From the NCBI RefSeq assembly GCF_009914755.1, contig NC_060928.1: a stretch of DNA of 64,000 bases; one strand, given 5' to 3'. This document shows positions 33,134-47,200 of this stretch, in pieces (the stretch's first letter is position 1; every line of letters begins with the position of its first letter). A program made the position numbers and the translations under genes. Origin of the DNA: the human T2T-CHM13v2.0 reference genome, Homo sapiens. The notes below the pieces were generated by a model. It did not search any database, had not been told where the DNA came from, and saw only the letters and a list, made by a program, of their open reading frames with translations.

Positions 33134-33549
33134 GATATTGGTGCTAAGACATTAACAGTATCAATTCTTGGGTCCTGCTCTTGTAGGTTCTGATTCTGAG
33201 GTCAGGTGGGGCCAGAACTTACTGATGTGGAAATTACTGGACTAGATGAACTCTTGAGACTACAAGTGTCAGCCTCCAAAAAAATATATTTTAGGACCTT
33301 AAGTACCAATCCGGGTGGAAATTCATCAGGTTTTGGAACTAGCCGAATATCTCATACCAGTTGATACATGGTACCAGCATATTTTAATGCTTAGTGTCTG
33401 TAAAGAGGTAAGCAATAATATTTGGAGAGCTTTTTGGTATATGTATAGTACTATATCTTACGGAAGTGTTGGTGGCAGTATGAGTGAACCAATGATCAGT
33501 TTTAAATAGAATAAATGTAGGTCGACTGCTACTGCAATTAAATACTATA

Positions 33550-34112
33550 AAAGGACTCATTTAGTTGCTAGTGGCAAAAAATCAATTCAAATGGTTTGAA
33601 CAAAAGGGGATTAGTTAGTTCACATTTTTGAAAAGGAGACTTTGGATTCAGATATTAAACAATTAGGATCTGTCTTTCTCTATTTTTCAGTTCTGCTTTT
33701 CTTTGTAATTTGCCACTACAGACACTATGAAATCCCTTCATTCTTGGGTAAGGTCCATCAGTGGGTGGCAGGATGGCCTCCAGCAGCTCTGGATTGACAA
33801 ACCTCCTGGGTTAGCAACTCTAGAGTACAGAGAATTTCTCTTTCCCAAGACAGACAATAAAAGGACCAGGGCAAGTTTTCATTGGTCTGGTTGGGTCATG
33901 TGATGATCCCAAAACAAATCACAATAGCCATGGGAAATCTGACTTTGATTGGCCTGGAAAGGGTCACATGTCTATTCTTGTTGTTAAAGCATTGTATCAA
34001 CTCAATCTGAAACACAAGGGCTGAGAATAGGGATTGTTCTCCAACTAAGAATGGGGTACAGTCACCAAAAGTAGGGGGAATGATTGTTGGACAAACAAAA
34101 CCTGCAGATACC
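33550..34112 (-). mobile_element. Old MLT1 (J/K-like) LTR
   Basis: tcattggtctggttgggtcatgtg, tgattggcctgg...gggtcacatg, tgttggacaaacaaaa. Confidence 0.65.
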
Positions 34113-34555
34113 GTAAAATAATAGCAAATATCATCAACAGTATTTTCTGAGATAATAAAATCCGCCTTTAAACTCAAAGAGAACAAATTAATGTATGGGT
34201 GAGTAAGACTGGTTTTAATCCTTTTAAATTGTCATTAGTGAAAGATCATTTCAGAATGATGGATTTACCTGAGAAAAAACAAAGTTTTCATATTCCAAAA
34301 CAATGATCAAACTTACTAAGAAACTGTATTTGTGTCTGAAAATATTATTAACATCTTGTTGGTGGTTCTGAATTGGAATGAAAAGACACGCTTTCATTTC
34401 TTGAAAGATGATCAGTATAAAAACCGAGAAGTCTGATCCTTAGAGAAAAATGAGGGCCTGAGATGTCAAGCATGTCAAGGTCTAGAAGATACTTGAGGAA
34501 GCCAAGAAGCCATGACTCAAACACATCAAAACTTTCTGGAAAGATGAAAAATAAC

Positions 34556-34879
<324 letters not shown>

Positions 34880-35036
34880 CTATTCAAAGAGATGACAGCA
34901 GGGCAGTTAGAGGACAATAGTGGGAGACAGTTTGAATACCTTTTTATATTTTTGATGTTTTCACTATTATGTATTTAGAAATTTGTAAATAGAATTTAAA
35001 AAATTATTGGGCCATGACAAAAAAAAATTCTTCAAA

Positions 35037-35160
35037 AGCTGGGCATGATGGCACATGCCTGTAATCCCAGCTTCAGTGAGGCCGAAAGGAAGGAGGATCA
35101 CTTGAGCCCAGGGTTCGAGGCCAGCCTGGGCAACATAGCAAGATTCTGTCTCAAAAAAAA
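35037..35160 (+). mobile_element. FLAM_C/Alu monomer
   Basis: ggaggatcacttgagcccagggttcgaggccagcctgggcaacatagcaaga plus A tail. Confidence 0.88.
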
Positions 35161-35653
35161 TAAAATCCTAAAGTCATCATGTAAGCACAATACAATCTAG
35201 CATCTCTGCTGTGCTGGTTTTCTGATTCCAGCTGTGCCTCTCCCTGCTTTATAGGCAAGCCTCAGACTGGCTTCTGATCCATTACAGGGTTCCTCTGGAT
35301 GGGACACACCAGAAACTTCCAGTTCAGCCTTTCTGGGTATAAATCTCCAACTCCTTTACCAAGATGCTTTCTTCAAGGAGAACAGAATGTACAGAAGGCT
35401 GGATGGCAACCTGGTGAGATAAACTACACAGAAAAGAGAAAAATGACATCACCTCATGGACAGATCACAAAACCCTGGCCTTAGAAGTTCTCCAAAATTT
35501 GAGGAATTCTTCAGCTTACAGCCATCTATGCTTTCCCTGACTCATGAAATTCTTCCTCTCCCATATGAATTTCTCCTGACTAATGCTAATTAAAGTAGAC
35601 AGAAGACCCCCTTCCCCCACAGAGCACTGATCTGTATACTTTATGTAGGAAAA

Positions 35654-36027
35654 ATGTTTTTAAAATATTTCTGGAAAACTGAGGCTGATAGGAAAGTCTG
35701 CTCACATAAAGGTCCAGCTTTTAGTTATGCAGAAACTTTGTCTAACATAAGAATTCATTTGGGAGGATTCCGGGAAACTGAGGCTTTCCTGGAAGCCTGG
35801 TTACTATGGTTTCTTGGGCATCCTTAGATGTCCTCTGGTTACTATGTTTTTAAAATATTTCTGGAAAACTGAGGCTGATAGGAATGTCTGCTCACATAAA
35901 GGTCCAGCTTTTAGTTATGCAGAAACTTTGTCTAACATAAGAATTCATTTGGGAGGATTCCGGGAAACTGAGGCTTTCCTGGAAGCCTGGTTACTATGGT
36001 TTCTTGGGCATCCTTTGATGTCCTCTG
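35654..36027. repeat. 184-bp direct tandem duplication (period 190)
   Basis: 35654-35837 versus 35844-36027, 2 mismatches seen, 6-nt linker gttact. Confidence 0.97.
35768..35984. promoter_or_regulatory. Four TTCN3GAA (GAS/STAT) motifs; function untested
   Basis: TTCCGGGAA at 35768 and 35958; TTCCTGGAA at 35786 and 35976. Confidence 0.4.
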
Positions 36028-37494
36028 CATTTGAATCACTGGCATTTTAATTCTGTGGGGACGATTGTCTGACTGCATTTCTCCTTCACCTTTCCCTGGT
36101 ATCTTGTACTAAACACCAGTAATGCAAATTGATGAATGAAACGAAAGCAATTTGGTGGAAGAGGCAAGAAAAACCTCCACTCAAATTAAATTTGTGCTTG
36201 TAAAACGTACATTGATGAGGAAGAACCTGCTGGCTCAGAAACCTTCCTGGAGTTGTGCTGATGAAGGATGGAGTTAACCTTGCTTTACCTTTTTGAGGCC
36301 TGAAGAAAGCCTCATGACCGAGAAGTCATATTTAATTTTATTTTCTATTCAGAGCTGATACCTCCTTCTCTCTGTCTTTATTTTGCAGGCTCTCTGTTGA
36401 TCTGGCACAAGTGTGCAGGTTTTTAAAAACGATGATGTTATCTGTTTACTATTCAAATGCAATTTTAAATGGTTCAGCTCAGCACATTTGAATAAAAAAT
36501 CCTATTAAAGATGCAATATTCCTCTGCTACCTTTTCGCTGAGTGCATTTGCATGGCATTCCTTTCTCAATTGGAATATAATACTATATACCTGTTCAGAG
36601 TGATGTGATTTCCAGCATTGAATTTGCAGTCGTGAAATAGGCTGTTCACCTTCTTATCATGGAAATTTGGTATTCATGCATAATTTTCTCCCTTACATTT
36701 ACAAAATACATTATTAGCCACGTGTTTGTGCCCTTGCTCTGCTCTATAGCGTTTTCATTTGAAATCTTCCAAATTCTTATTTTTGCTCCTACCATTTGAT
36801 AGAAATCATGAAATTGCTGAGTTAAGATAAGCACCCTTTCTTTCTTTCTTTCTTTTTTTTTTTTTTCTCCTAAGCATGATTGGGGATAGATAGGAATGAG
36901 AGATGAAGAAAGCAATGAAGAAAGAGCAAATTGATCATTTACTTTAAAAAGTTCTGACCACTGGCTTGATGAGAAGCATCTTTAATTTTAAATATTTTGC
37001 ATCTACTTAACTGCCTAATTGCATGGTTAAATGAGCTGTAGGAGAAAGATCGCAGCTAAAACCTTTGATCAATTTCAGCCAGTTCTAGAACACTGATGGT
37101 AACACCAGGCTGTGTTTCTCCTCTGGTAATTTTGAACTTCTTCAGAGAGCCCTGTTTATTAAGCAAGGCAGACTTTCTGCTTGGGCAGCATTTTCCAATT
37201 ACAGAGCCTTCCCTGCAGTATCTAGAGATGGAATCAGGGACCACAAACGTGTTCCGGGCAATGCCGGGCAGCCCAAAGTCAGCAAGTCCGATGCTCAGCC
37301 TCACCTTCTCAGTGTGCTGCAGCCTAGTGTTGTTTCCGAGTGCATTTTGACATGTGTTCTGTGTGGTGAATAGGTGGGAGCAGGCTGTCTGCAATAATTG
37401 GCCAGCCGGGATTGCCTGGGTGAAGCTCCTGGAACTCGCCCTCATCAATCGCATCCATTGAAATACAGTTACGTTGCTGCTCATAAAGACTGAG

Positions 37495-37548
37495 TGTGTG
37501 TGTGTGCGTGCATATGTGTGTGCATGTATGCTTGTATTCATGCACATA
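37495..37548. repeat. (TG)n/alternating purine-pyrimidine tract
   Basis: tgtgtgtgtgtgcgtgcatatgtgtgtgcatgtatg. Confidence 0.85.
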
Positions 37549-37859
37549 TCTGTGGATACTCAGGATGCTGGTTTTTTGGAACTGGTAATTATTTAGAAAT
37601 CTTGGACTAAGTCATAATGATAATTCATTAGAGGAAGAAAACCTGTCTAGGTTGCCTTGAGATATGGGGCAGACTGTGGGTGGGGGTATTCAACATTCCA
37701 TGGGTATTGGCTGAGCAATCCCAGTTGTGCTAATTATGAGAAAAACAAATATAGTAACACAAGAAATGTATCAATAAGAATAAAACCCAGCCACCACAAT
37801 GAGTGTAGCACTAACGGGTGTGCCAAGCTGTGCTGAGTTAAGTCTTCCATGAAAACAAT

Positions 37860-38660
37860 CTCATGCAATGGCAAGAGCATAGATTATGGAGCCAGTCCCT
37901 CTACATTTGAATCATGGCTTTATCATTTACTAAAGTTATGTGATTAGGCGTAAATTGATTAACTGCTTTGTGCCTCTGCCTCAGTTTCATCAACTGTAAA
38001 ATGGGTATATGAATTCTACCTAATTCTACCAGATCATTTGTTCTCAACTTGATGCATCTTTACTGCCTTCTAAGTCTCCCCTGTACTGTGGAGAAGCCAA
38101 TAACTATGGTTCTTAGAACATCTTTTTGTGTATGGCTTTGTGTAGAGTCTGCCAAGGAGAGGGACTTGGGTGAGATTTTCCTAAAATGAGAGAAGCAGCA
38201 GCCATTATGTTTTAAGGGAGTTGGTTGCAGGCAAGTGTGTGGGCAGGTAGATAACAGATTTATAATGGCTTTCAGGTAAGCCTAAGAATCACCTATCTCA
38301 GGAATGCTGGCTGAGAAGCCAGAGAGACCCTCCCAGAGGCCCTTAAGGTGTTCAGTGGCCTCTGGGTGAGTGTCGACTCCCACTTGCATAGATACAGCAG
38401 CAGGCAGAAAGGTCCTGGTGGCTTCCCTGAATTCATTGCTAAGTCTTTCCAAAAGACTGCAAACCTCTAATTTCCTGCATTAGAACTGTGGATACTTAGA
38501 ACATGCAAAATACCTTTTGTTTTTGTGACCAAATGCTGACGGACACACTATCTCATAGGGTTGTTGTACAAATTGTGTGGGGGGTTTCAAACAAATGCTT
38601 GGACTAGTGCTTTCCACTGAAATTTGCAGCTCATAAGTGCTTGTTACTTAGTTCTCACCT
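37860..38660 (+). mobile_element. MIR interrupted by an old ERVL LTR (LTR33-like, about 38035-38547)
   Basis: gcctcagtttcatcaactgtaaaatggg before; ctatctcatagggttgttg after; insert ends ctctaatttcctgcatta...ctgacggacaca. Confidence 0.55.
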
Positions 38661-41036
38661 CAACTTTAAGAGGTGTTGGTGGGTAGGAAAGTAGTGAGAG
38701 TGTAGTTTCTAGGGTCGGTGTATCTAGGTTTGGAAATTACAGTTAATTTACTTATGAGCTACATGGTTGGACAAATTTATACATACATCGGGGATAGAAG
38801 TAGCACTTGCTTGATATGATTGTTGAGAAGATGGAGAGTTAATAACACATAAAGTAAAAGTACCTGCTACAGAGTAAGACCCTATGCTTATTAGCATGTT
38901 GACAACTTGTTGAGAAGATTGGGTTCTCAGAGATCAGGTTTCCGTTCATCTCTCTGGAAGTGACGGTGGGGGGGGCGGTTGCCTCTGCAGACCATGCCTC
39001 GGTTTCCCATAAATGATCCCGGAATTGCCTCTTGCTGGTGTTTGCCTTCCTATCAGACTGGCCTCCAGTCTTTCCTGTTGCCACCTGCTCTGCATTCACT
39101 GGGCCTCCCTGCTGGTGAGTGGCCTTGCCCTGATGATCTGCCATTGCATGCTCCCGATTTCTGGCTCTTCTGGTCCAGCTGAGCTTCCTCCAAGTTGTCT
39201 GTGATATGTGAGACTGGCCAGGGGACAAAGAAATACTTATTGCCCATTGTCCAGTCACTGCTCCATGTAGAACCCTTTACGGGGAAATAGCTTACTGAAC
39301 AAAGCAAGTTAAATGAATGTTTTCCCTAGCTGGACCTTGGGCCCCAGACCCAAGTGTAGAACTCCAGTGAGCCTGGCTGTACCAGGGGGAGGATGCTTTT
39401 ATTTTCGTAAGGGGAGTCAGCTCATGTGACCTGGCACCAGTGCAGGCCCAAGGACAGATCCAGAATTTTGTGTCACTCTAGTCCAATCTAGGGAAAAGGC
39501 AAGTACACTTTCCACCTCATCGCCTCCTTCATGATAAATGTGGACACAGTGAATTGGCACTGAGGCTGATACAAAAAGATGGCTGAGCTTCGACTGACAA
39601 GACGTTACACCAGGACAAAGGTTGAGCCAAAACTTTAAGAAAGAAGCTTTTACAATAACCTGGCATATCAGATCCCTTTCCAAAGGCAAAAAGATAGAGA
39701 TTGGCATGGTGGGACATTGAGAAGTAGAATATTTGGAATCAGAAAGGTACAGGCTAAGATACTGGCTGAGCCACCTGCGTGAGTCTGCTAACTTTTTAAT
39801 CCTTCATCTTTCTCTTTTATGAACATGCAAATCACCATATTTATTTTCAGAACTGTGGTCAGCATCTGAAAGATAATGTGAAAAAGTTGAGGGTCTAGTA
39901 TATGTAGAATAAATGGACTTCTCCTTCTATTTAAACAGTTTGCCCAAATACCCTCTCTGACAGCAATAACATTTTGGTTTGAGGAGTAAAATATGTGTGT
40001 ATACATGCTTAGAGCAGGTCCTGGGACACCAAAAGTGCTATGTGGGTGTTAGTTAGGTAAGCACTTTAATTCCGTTATTAAAAAAGAAATACATTTGATA
40101 ATACAATATAGACAATTCATAATGATAAATTTTAGAGGTTTAGGGATAGATCTTGAGGCCTCACTTGTGTGACAACATTAATAATGGTGCGAGCATTTCT
40201 AAATTACATTTTTTTCTAAAAATAGAAAGTTGAATAAAGTCTCCTCCAAAATGAAACCTTTGCAATTAAACTGGAAGGATTTTTGCAAATGTCACACTCT
40301 TGCCCTAAGGCTTCCTTTGAACCAAGTCAATAATTTTAGAGATTCATGGGTAGTTGTGGAATTTATATCATGGTATAAAAATTCAAAATGGTGGTTGGGG
40401 CACAGATGATTCTGTGAAAATCCCTGAATTTTTGTCATTTCCGATGGTGACATGTTTCAAGTGACATCCCTGTAAATACTGAATAATAATATGTTCCAGA
40501 CAGAGCCCTCAGGGGACAGGAGAAGAAAATGAGAATGGAGCAGAATTAAAACTGACAAGAGTGAGAGACGGCATGGAAGATAAATAGCAAAAGTGTGGCT
40601 CTGTCAGAGGAGCAAGGGCGGCAGAGCTGCTCAGATGATTGCATGATTGATGGAATCAGCTGTGGAGGAAATGTCCAGTAATGTAGGAACAGATCAGTAT
40701 TGAGAGATAAATCATCCTGCAATCATACACCGCTATCTCAACACTAATGGGGTTGAAAAACAGCACAGTTTTGAGGGAGGTCTTGAGATCATTGTTTTCT
40801 AACAACCTGTTCCTGTGTATTGGCAAGAAAGTTAAATCAAACTTGGGACAGCCTTGCCATGCCACGGGTATAAGGGTGTAGGGACTGGGGGAGCAATATA
40901 CTTTTACCATTGAATTGAAATTTCAGCAGCTCATGGGCTACTCGCCAATCTAAAGGCAAGGGAGCCTTTTTTCCTTGCAAATAGAATTCAGATCCCAGTG
41001 CGAAATTGCCACTTTGCTCTCCTATCTTCCTCTTGA

Positions 41037-41456
<420 letters not shown>

Positions 41457-42109
41457 TAACTGTGCCCTAATTTGAGCCAGTGATTACGTAGGAAGAAGAA
41501 AGTATTGCAAGGGAGAACAATGCCATTTATTGAGTACCTACTGCATGAGTGGTAGGCATGGTGTTTAGCACATATTAGCCTCAGGAATCCCAAAGAATGC
41601 AATCAGATGGATCAATGATGAACTGAATCTGGGAAGATGCATTAAATAAAGGCAAAATGGCAGGATAAAAACCGTAGGTGCTCATTAGTTCTCTGTTCCC
41701 CACTCTGCTTAAGCAGGGTCTGGGTGAGCATTTTTCCAAGTCAGAGAAAGCATCACCAGAGTAGGGCATCTGGAGGCCTTTGTTAGCATGAGATTCTATA
41801 GATCACAAAATATTCTTAGGTTGCTGTTTGTCTCCAACAATTTAAGGGAAAATGCTTCTCAGAGACATGGAGGGGAGCTCAGCGACACCTTACTTCCTAT
41901 TTTAATCTGGGAGACTCTTGGGTTAGCCAAAAAGCAGATCTGGTGGGACTTGAAGGAGCTAAACATAGTGGTTCTGCTACTTAATCTTGTACAACATATC
42001 CCTCTAGATTTGCATGGCCTTTTCGGCATTTAGAAATGCTGTTCACATCAAGGACTGTTGCAGTTGGACAGTACGTATTCTCTATTCATGTTTTTAGAAG
42101 CATTTTATA

Positions 42110-42525
42110 CCGTTGACCCTTTAACTGCATGGGTCCACTTATACATGCGTTTTCTTCTCCTTTGCTACCCCTAAGAGAGCAAGACCAACCCCTCCTCGTC
42201 CTCCTCCTCCTCTGCACCTACTCAACATGAAAATAATGAACCTAAAGGCCATGCTCCACTTATGATGATCCACTTCCACCTAATGAATGGTAAAAATATT
42301 TTCTCTTCCTTATAATTTTAATAATATTTTCTCTATTATAAGAATACAGTATATAATACATATAACACATAAAATATATGTTAATCAGCTTTATGTTATC
42401 AGTGAGGCTTCAGGTCAACAATTGGCTATCAGTAGTTAAATTTTGGGGGACTCAAAAATTGTATGTGGATTCTTGACTGTGTGGGGTTTGTGCACCTAAC
42501 CCCTGGGTCGTTCAAGGGTTGACTG
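42110..42525. mobile_element. Tigger2a-like (TcMar-Tigger) element
   Basis: TIRs ccgttgaccctt and aagggttgactg, TA at left flank; gcaagaccaacccctcctc...ctactcaac. Confidence 0.85.
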
Positions 42526-42527
42526 CA

Positions 42528-42930
42528 TATGTAATTTTTATATATATATAAAAATACATAATTAATTTATATATACTATATAACATATATAAGTTATATA
42601 GTATATATAAATTATATATAATGTATAGCATATATTATATATAATACAAATTCTATATAGGTTTATATATAAATGAATTTTATTTTGTAAATCCTTCAAG
42701 TTATATATTATATATAGGTTTATATACAAATAAATTTTATTTTATAAATCCTTCCTTATGTTTTATATGAATAGTAGTGTATATATAGTAGTTTTTATAC
42801 ATATATACACAGTATATATAATAAAGTATGTGTATATATTACATATAGTGTATATATATATATACACACACTATATGTATAAAATACATGTATAAAATGT
42901 AAGGATGAATTTATAAAATAAAATTTATTT
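42528..42930. repeat. AT-rich low-complexity/(TA)n tract with direct and inverted repeats
   Basis: Degenerate TA arrays; 40-bp inverted arms at 42728-42767 and 42891-42930. Confidence 0.9.
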
Positions 42931-42932
42931 AG

Positions 42933-43281
<349 letters not shown>

Positions 43282-44026
43282 TTATAGATGAAGCTATTAA
43301 AGTCCAGGAAAAGTAAAGTCTTTGTCTAAGTTAGCGTTAGAATTTGAATCAGGCTGCATTCCTCTCCCCATCTTCCCGTCTGATTTCTTGTGATTCTTTC
43401 AAAGATGTGATTATTCACGTGGTCTGTGCTCCTTAATTCCCTCTACAATCTTACCCATAATGCAAAAGCACCTAATGGCAACAAAAGTCTATTCAACCTG
43501 AAATACTATGAGATGATCACCCTGCTTAATTGCTTAAGGAACCCAGCTGAATATAATTTTAAGCTATTTATTATGGGAACAGACTCTGGGATTCTCTGTC
43601 ACAGTTTCTGAATAGAACTTTTTCTGTGCTGAGCTAAGTTTATCCAGGCATGGAGGCAAAGAACGCAGATGTTTAATTAAAAGGAGTGGCTTAACTTTAG
43701 ATTAGATCATTGTAATCTTGGGAATCTAGCCGGATTTTAACACAATGTTATTTTTATTTGTGGATAGATATTTCTAAGGAGCTCCTGATATCTTTATAGC
43801 CTCTCCAGAACCCATTCTAATTCTAAAAACATATTAAATTCACTCTTAGAATACCGAAGCTGAAGGTAATTCTTAGAGATAATCTATTCTTGTGCCTTTA
43901 TTCTACAGATGTGGAAACTGAGGCCTAAGGATTTAAAAAAATCATCAAAGATCACACAAAAGATTGTCAAAGGTCAAATACAACTTATCCCTATTTTCCC
44001 AGGACTTTCTCAGTTTGAAAACTGAG

Positions 44027-44322
44027 GCAGGGCATGGTGGCACATGCCTATAATCCCAGCACTTTGGGAGACTGAGGCAGGAGGATCCCTTGAGCCGTGG
44101 AGTTCAAGACCAGCCTGGACAATACAGTAAGACATTGTCTTCACAAAAAATTAAAAAATTGGCTGGGTGTGGCAGTGCACACCTATGGTCCCAGCTACTT
44201 AGGAGACTGAGGCAGGGGGATCACGTGAGCCTGGGAGGTCAAAAGGTTGAGACTACAGTGAGTCATGATCATGCCACTGCATTCTGGTCTGGGCAAAAAC
44301 AAAAAACAAAAATCAAAAAAAT
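44027..44322 (+). mobile_element. AluJ
   Basis: ggaggatcccttgagcc, gagactacagtgagtcatgatc. Confidence 0.88.
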
Positions 44323-46289
44323 CCTGGAAAGTCCTATGTCCCCGGGACTCCCTTAGTTCTGGGCAAACTGGGATGGCTGTCATCCTACCTTGCGCTCTAT
44401 TTATTTATTTCACTGGCATAAATGCAAAATGGACAGATTTGGAGGAGAATTGCATGCTGCAGTTACTGATAGTATTCTAGAAACTGGACAGACAGAACCC
44501 AAACGTACTCTTTGGAGTGTCTGGCATGAGCAAACACTCAACAAACATTCATTGAATCAATGAGTGAATGAGAATGCAAGTCACTTAAAGTAGGTGTCAT
44601 CGCTAGTTCATTTTTCTCAATGTTGCTCTAATTCCCATTGAGAGGGTACCAATGATTTCTTGCTTTTTAACCTGCCTACATTTTGTTCTGGAGTTCCTAG
44701 GTAAGATTAAGCTGCATGTAACCTATGGAGCTGCTGTTTTGCAGATGGTCGTTCCCAAGGTGCTTTTCACAGTGTTTTTGAATTATCTTGCCAAAATTTC
44801 AGGAAAAGCAGCAAAAAGAAGGGAAAGAAAAGCTTTCATAATGAGAAATGACAGGAAAGCAACTCCCTCATGGGGTTGTCAAGGAAAGAATTGTTGAATA
44901 ATTCAAATAACAGATTTGTTCATTTCTAAGCCATTTCCTGCCCCAGCTTTGGAAATCTGCAGAAAAGTTCTGGATTAGGAATTATCCAAGACCTGATTTC
45001 ATTGCTGCCAAGGGATCAGTTGAAGGGACAAGCTCCTTCAGGCGGCTTAGGGAAATTACCATAGTTTGAGGTCACTTACAGAATGTTCTGGGTTGGCAGG
45101 CCCTAGGTTGCTTTTTCCTTGCGCCAGGAAAATATAGACAGGGCCAGCACCACATCTCTGAAAATAAAATGTACTGAGTTCTCCCGGGTAGCTCAGCATT
45201 AGGTATGGCAGCTGCCCCAGCAGACTTACTTGTTCTTGTTTTGTTTGTTTTCTTTTTTTTTTTGCAGCTGTATCTAGGCATGGGAAGGGGTAGGAACTGG
45301 TGGTGAAACTCATGTAGGTTATGAGTCCAGGTGAAAGTAATTTGGCTCTTTTTAAGGAATTTCTGCAAAAGTTTAGAGGTCCTAATTGGGAAAAGTTATA
45401 TTTTTGGATAATCTGCGAAATCCGTTTATCCGTATCATCCCTGGCCTTGTTATCACAGGTCACTGAGGGTTGGCTATACTTGTTTCTTATCTGCCCCAAG
45501 AGGACCTGGCGAGGATTTATTATCTCTTGCCACTAAATCCCTGACCATATGTGTATCAATTTATCAAACAGCCTTATATGTGCTTGGGGACATCCCTCAG
45601 AGATGGTTCAGTCATGAGAGCATTTCATAAGTTTTTACTATTACAAATACTACCTCACATTTGATAAGCTTTTACCTTTATTTTTCAGGCTAATCTTACA
45701 GTTATTATATTTTTATCCACAAAACTCTTCAAGGGAGGTAAAAGTGTTATTAATGTCCCCATCCCTGACAGATAAGAAAACTAAGTAATGGAGAAATGAG
45801 GTGATTTTCCAGAAGTTATTCATGTCAGAGCTGGTCCTGAAACCCAGATCTCTTACAGAAATTCAAATATTCACCTTTTTCTACTCTTCTTTGCAAATGC
45901 CTCTACTATTATTGATTGAATGGTAAACACTTTGAGGAAATGGGTTGGATGAAAACTCTTGCTTTGTTGGACATTCTTACTTGAAAAGTCCATCAGACTT
46001 AAACAAAGACCAGCTTATTTTGAATCTTAAAAAATGTAAGGCTACTCAAATTAACCTGAAGAGGGATTTGTGTTTTTTAGCAATTTCAGATGCCAGTCAC
46101 TGTGACAAGTGCTTCTTATTCATTACCTGCACTAATGCTGGTGAGATGTTTGCACCAGCATCTGTTTGGTTTTAAGCTAGATAGTGATATATAGATGATG
46201 CCTAGGGCAGTGCACAGCTACCAAAGTACTAGGTATTGTAAGTTTCTTGGTTTGAATACAAATACATACTTGTACATACATACTCAAGA

Positions 46290-47200
46290 GATAAGCTAGT
46301 TTAAGTAAAATTCAATAGATATTAGTTGAAAATCACTCATTGTTCTGGGCACTGAATAAAACATAATCTCTTTCCTTCAAGGAGTTTGTGGTCCAATGAA
46401 GGAAACAGGACACTGATTAAAATATGGGTAAAAAGACTATGAGCTAGCATCCATGTGGTAGAAATAGTCTATAAGAAGGTAGGCTTCCCAAGGGCAGGAG
46501 TCCGTATCTCCAGAATTTAGTTGCTTCTTAAAGATTTGGTGAATGAAAAAAAAAATGAATGGGTGAATAAATAAATGTTCTAGGGAAGCATGTAGGAAAG
46601 ACAATTGAGCTGTTCTAAAAGAGTTGTGGGAAGTTTCATAGAAATTGATGGGTGAGCTTCATATTCAAATATAAGTAAGATTTCAGTATATAAAGTTGGG
46701 AATTCTTGGCAAAGAAAAGAGCTAACAGAAATATTTGCAAGTGCACAGAGCATTTTGGAATTCAAGGGATGACAAATAATAAGTCTTGTGGGTGGGATTT
46801 AGACAGCTGGAAGTGATGAAGTGGAAGTCTAAGAGAAGAAGCTAAAGAAGTAGGAAGTACCAAACTAAGGCTTTGACTCATTTATGCCCCAGGGAGGCAT
46901 CATGTATTTATAAGTAGAAAATCAGTCTCTAATTTGTGCTTTAGTAAAGCCATCTCTTGTGTCCGTGTAGGAGAGTCCTGAGGTGGAGAAGGGCTGGGAT
47001 CAAGCCAACCACTCACCCACTTAAGAAGTAATGAGATCTTTAATTGCCTTTTCAGCAGTAATGGGGGTGGAGGTGGGGGAGTAAATTCCAAAATCATTAG
47101 AAAAGTAGAATGGGTTGAGTTTGTTGACTCATTAGATGTGGGTGGGGAAGAGAGGGCGAAGGTAAAGATGACTAAAGTTTCTAGTCAGGCACTTGGGTGG
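46290..47200 (-). mobile_element. Fragmented L2
   Basis: ccttcaaggagtttgtggtc; aagtagaatgggttgagtttgttgactcattagatgtgg...aaagatgactaaagtttctag. Confidence 0.55.

Noticed and set aside
33134-33150. MaLR internal-sequence start (gatattggtgctaaga) after the MLT1A LTR
   Set aside because: Too short and degenerate to call a proviral remnant.
35654-36027. CRISPR-like or LTR-like repeat pair
   Set aside because: Two long adjacent copies with no spacers, no TG...CA termini and no TSD; eukaryotic context.
37056-37547. 163-aa minus-strand ORF as a protein-coding gene
   Set aside because: Its start lies in a (CA)n repeat; no recognisable domain or supporting exon structure.
38839-39307. Overlapping ORFs (up to 139 aa) and CTCF-like words
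   Set aside because: No recognisable protein; motif matches (gagcaggtggca, ccagcagggaggc) deviate from the CTCF core.
45056-45536. 147-aa ORF
   Set aside because: Runs through a poly-T tract; no homology recognised; consistent with chance.
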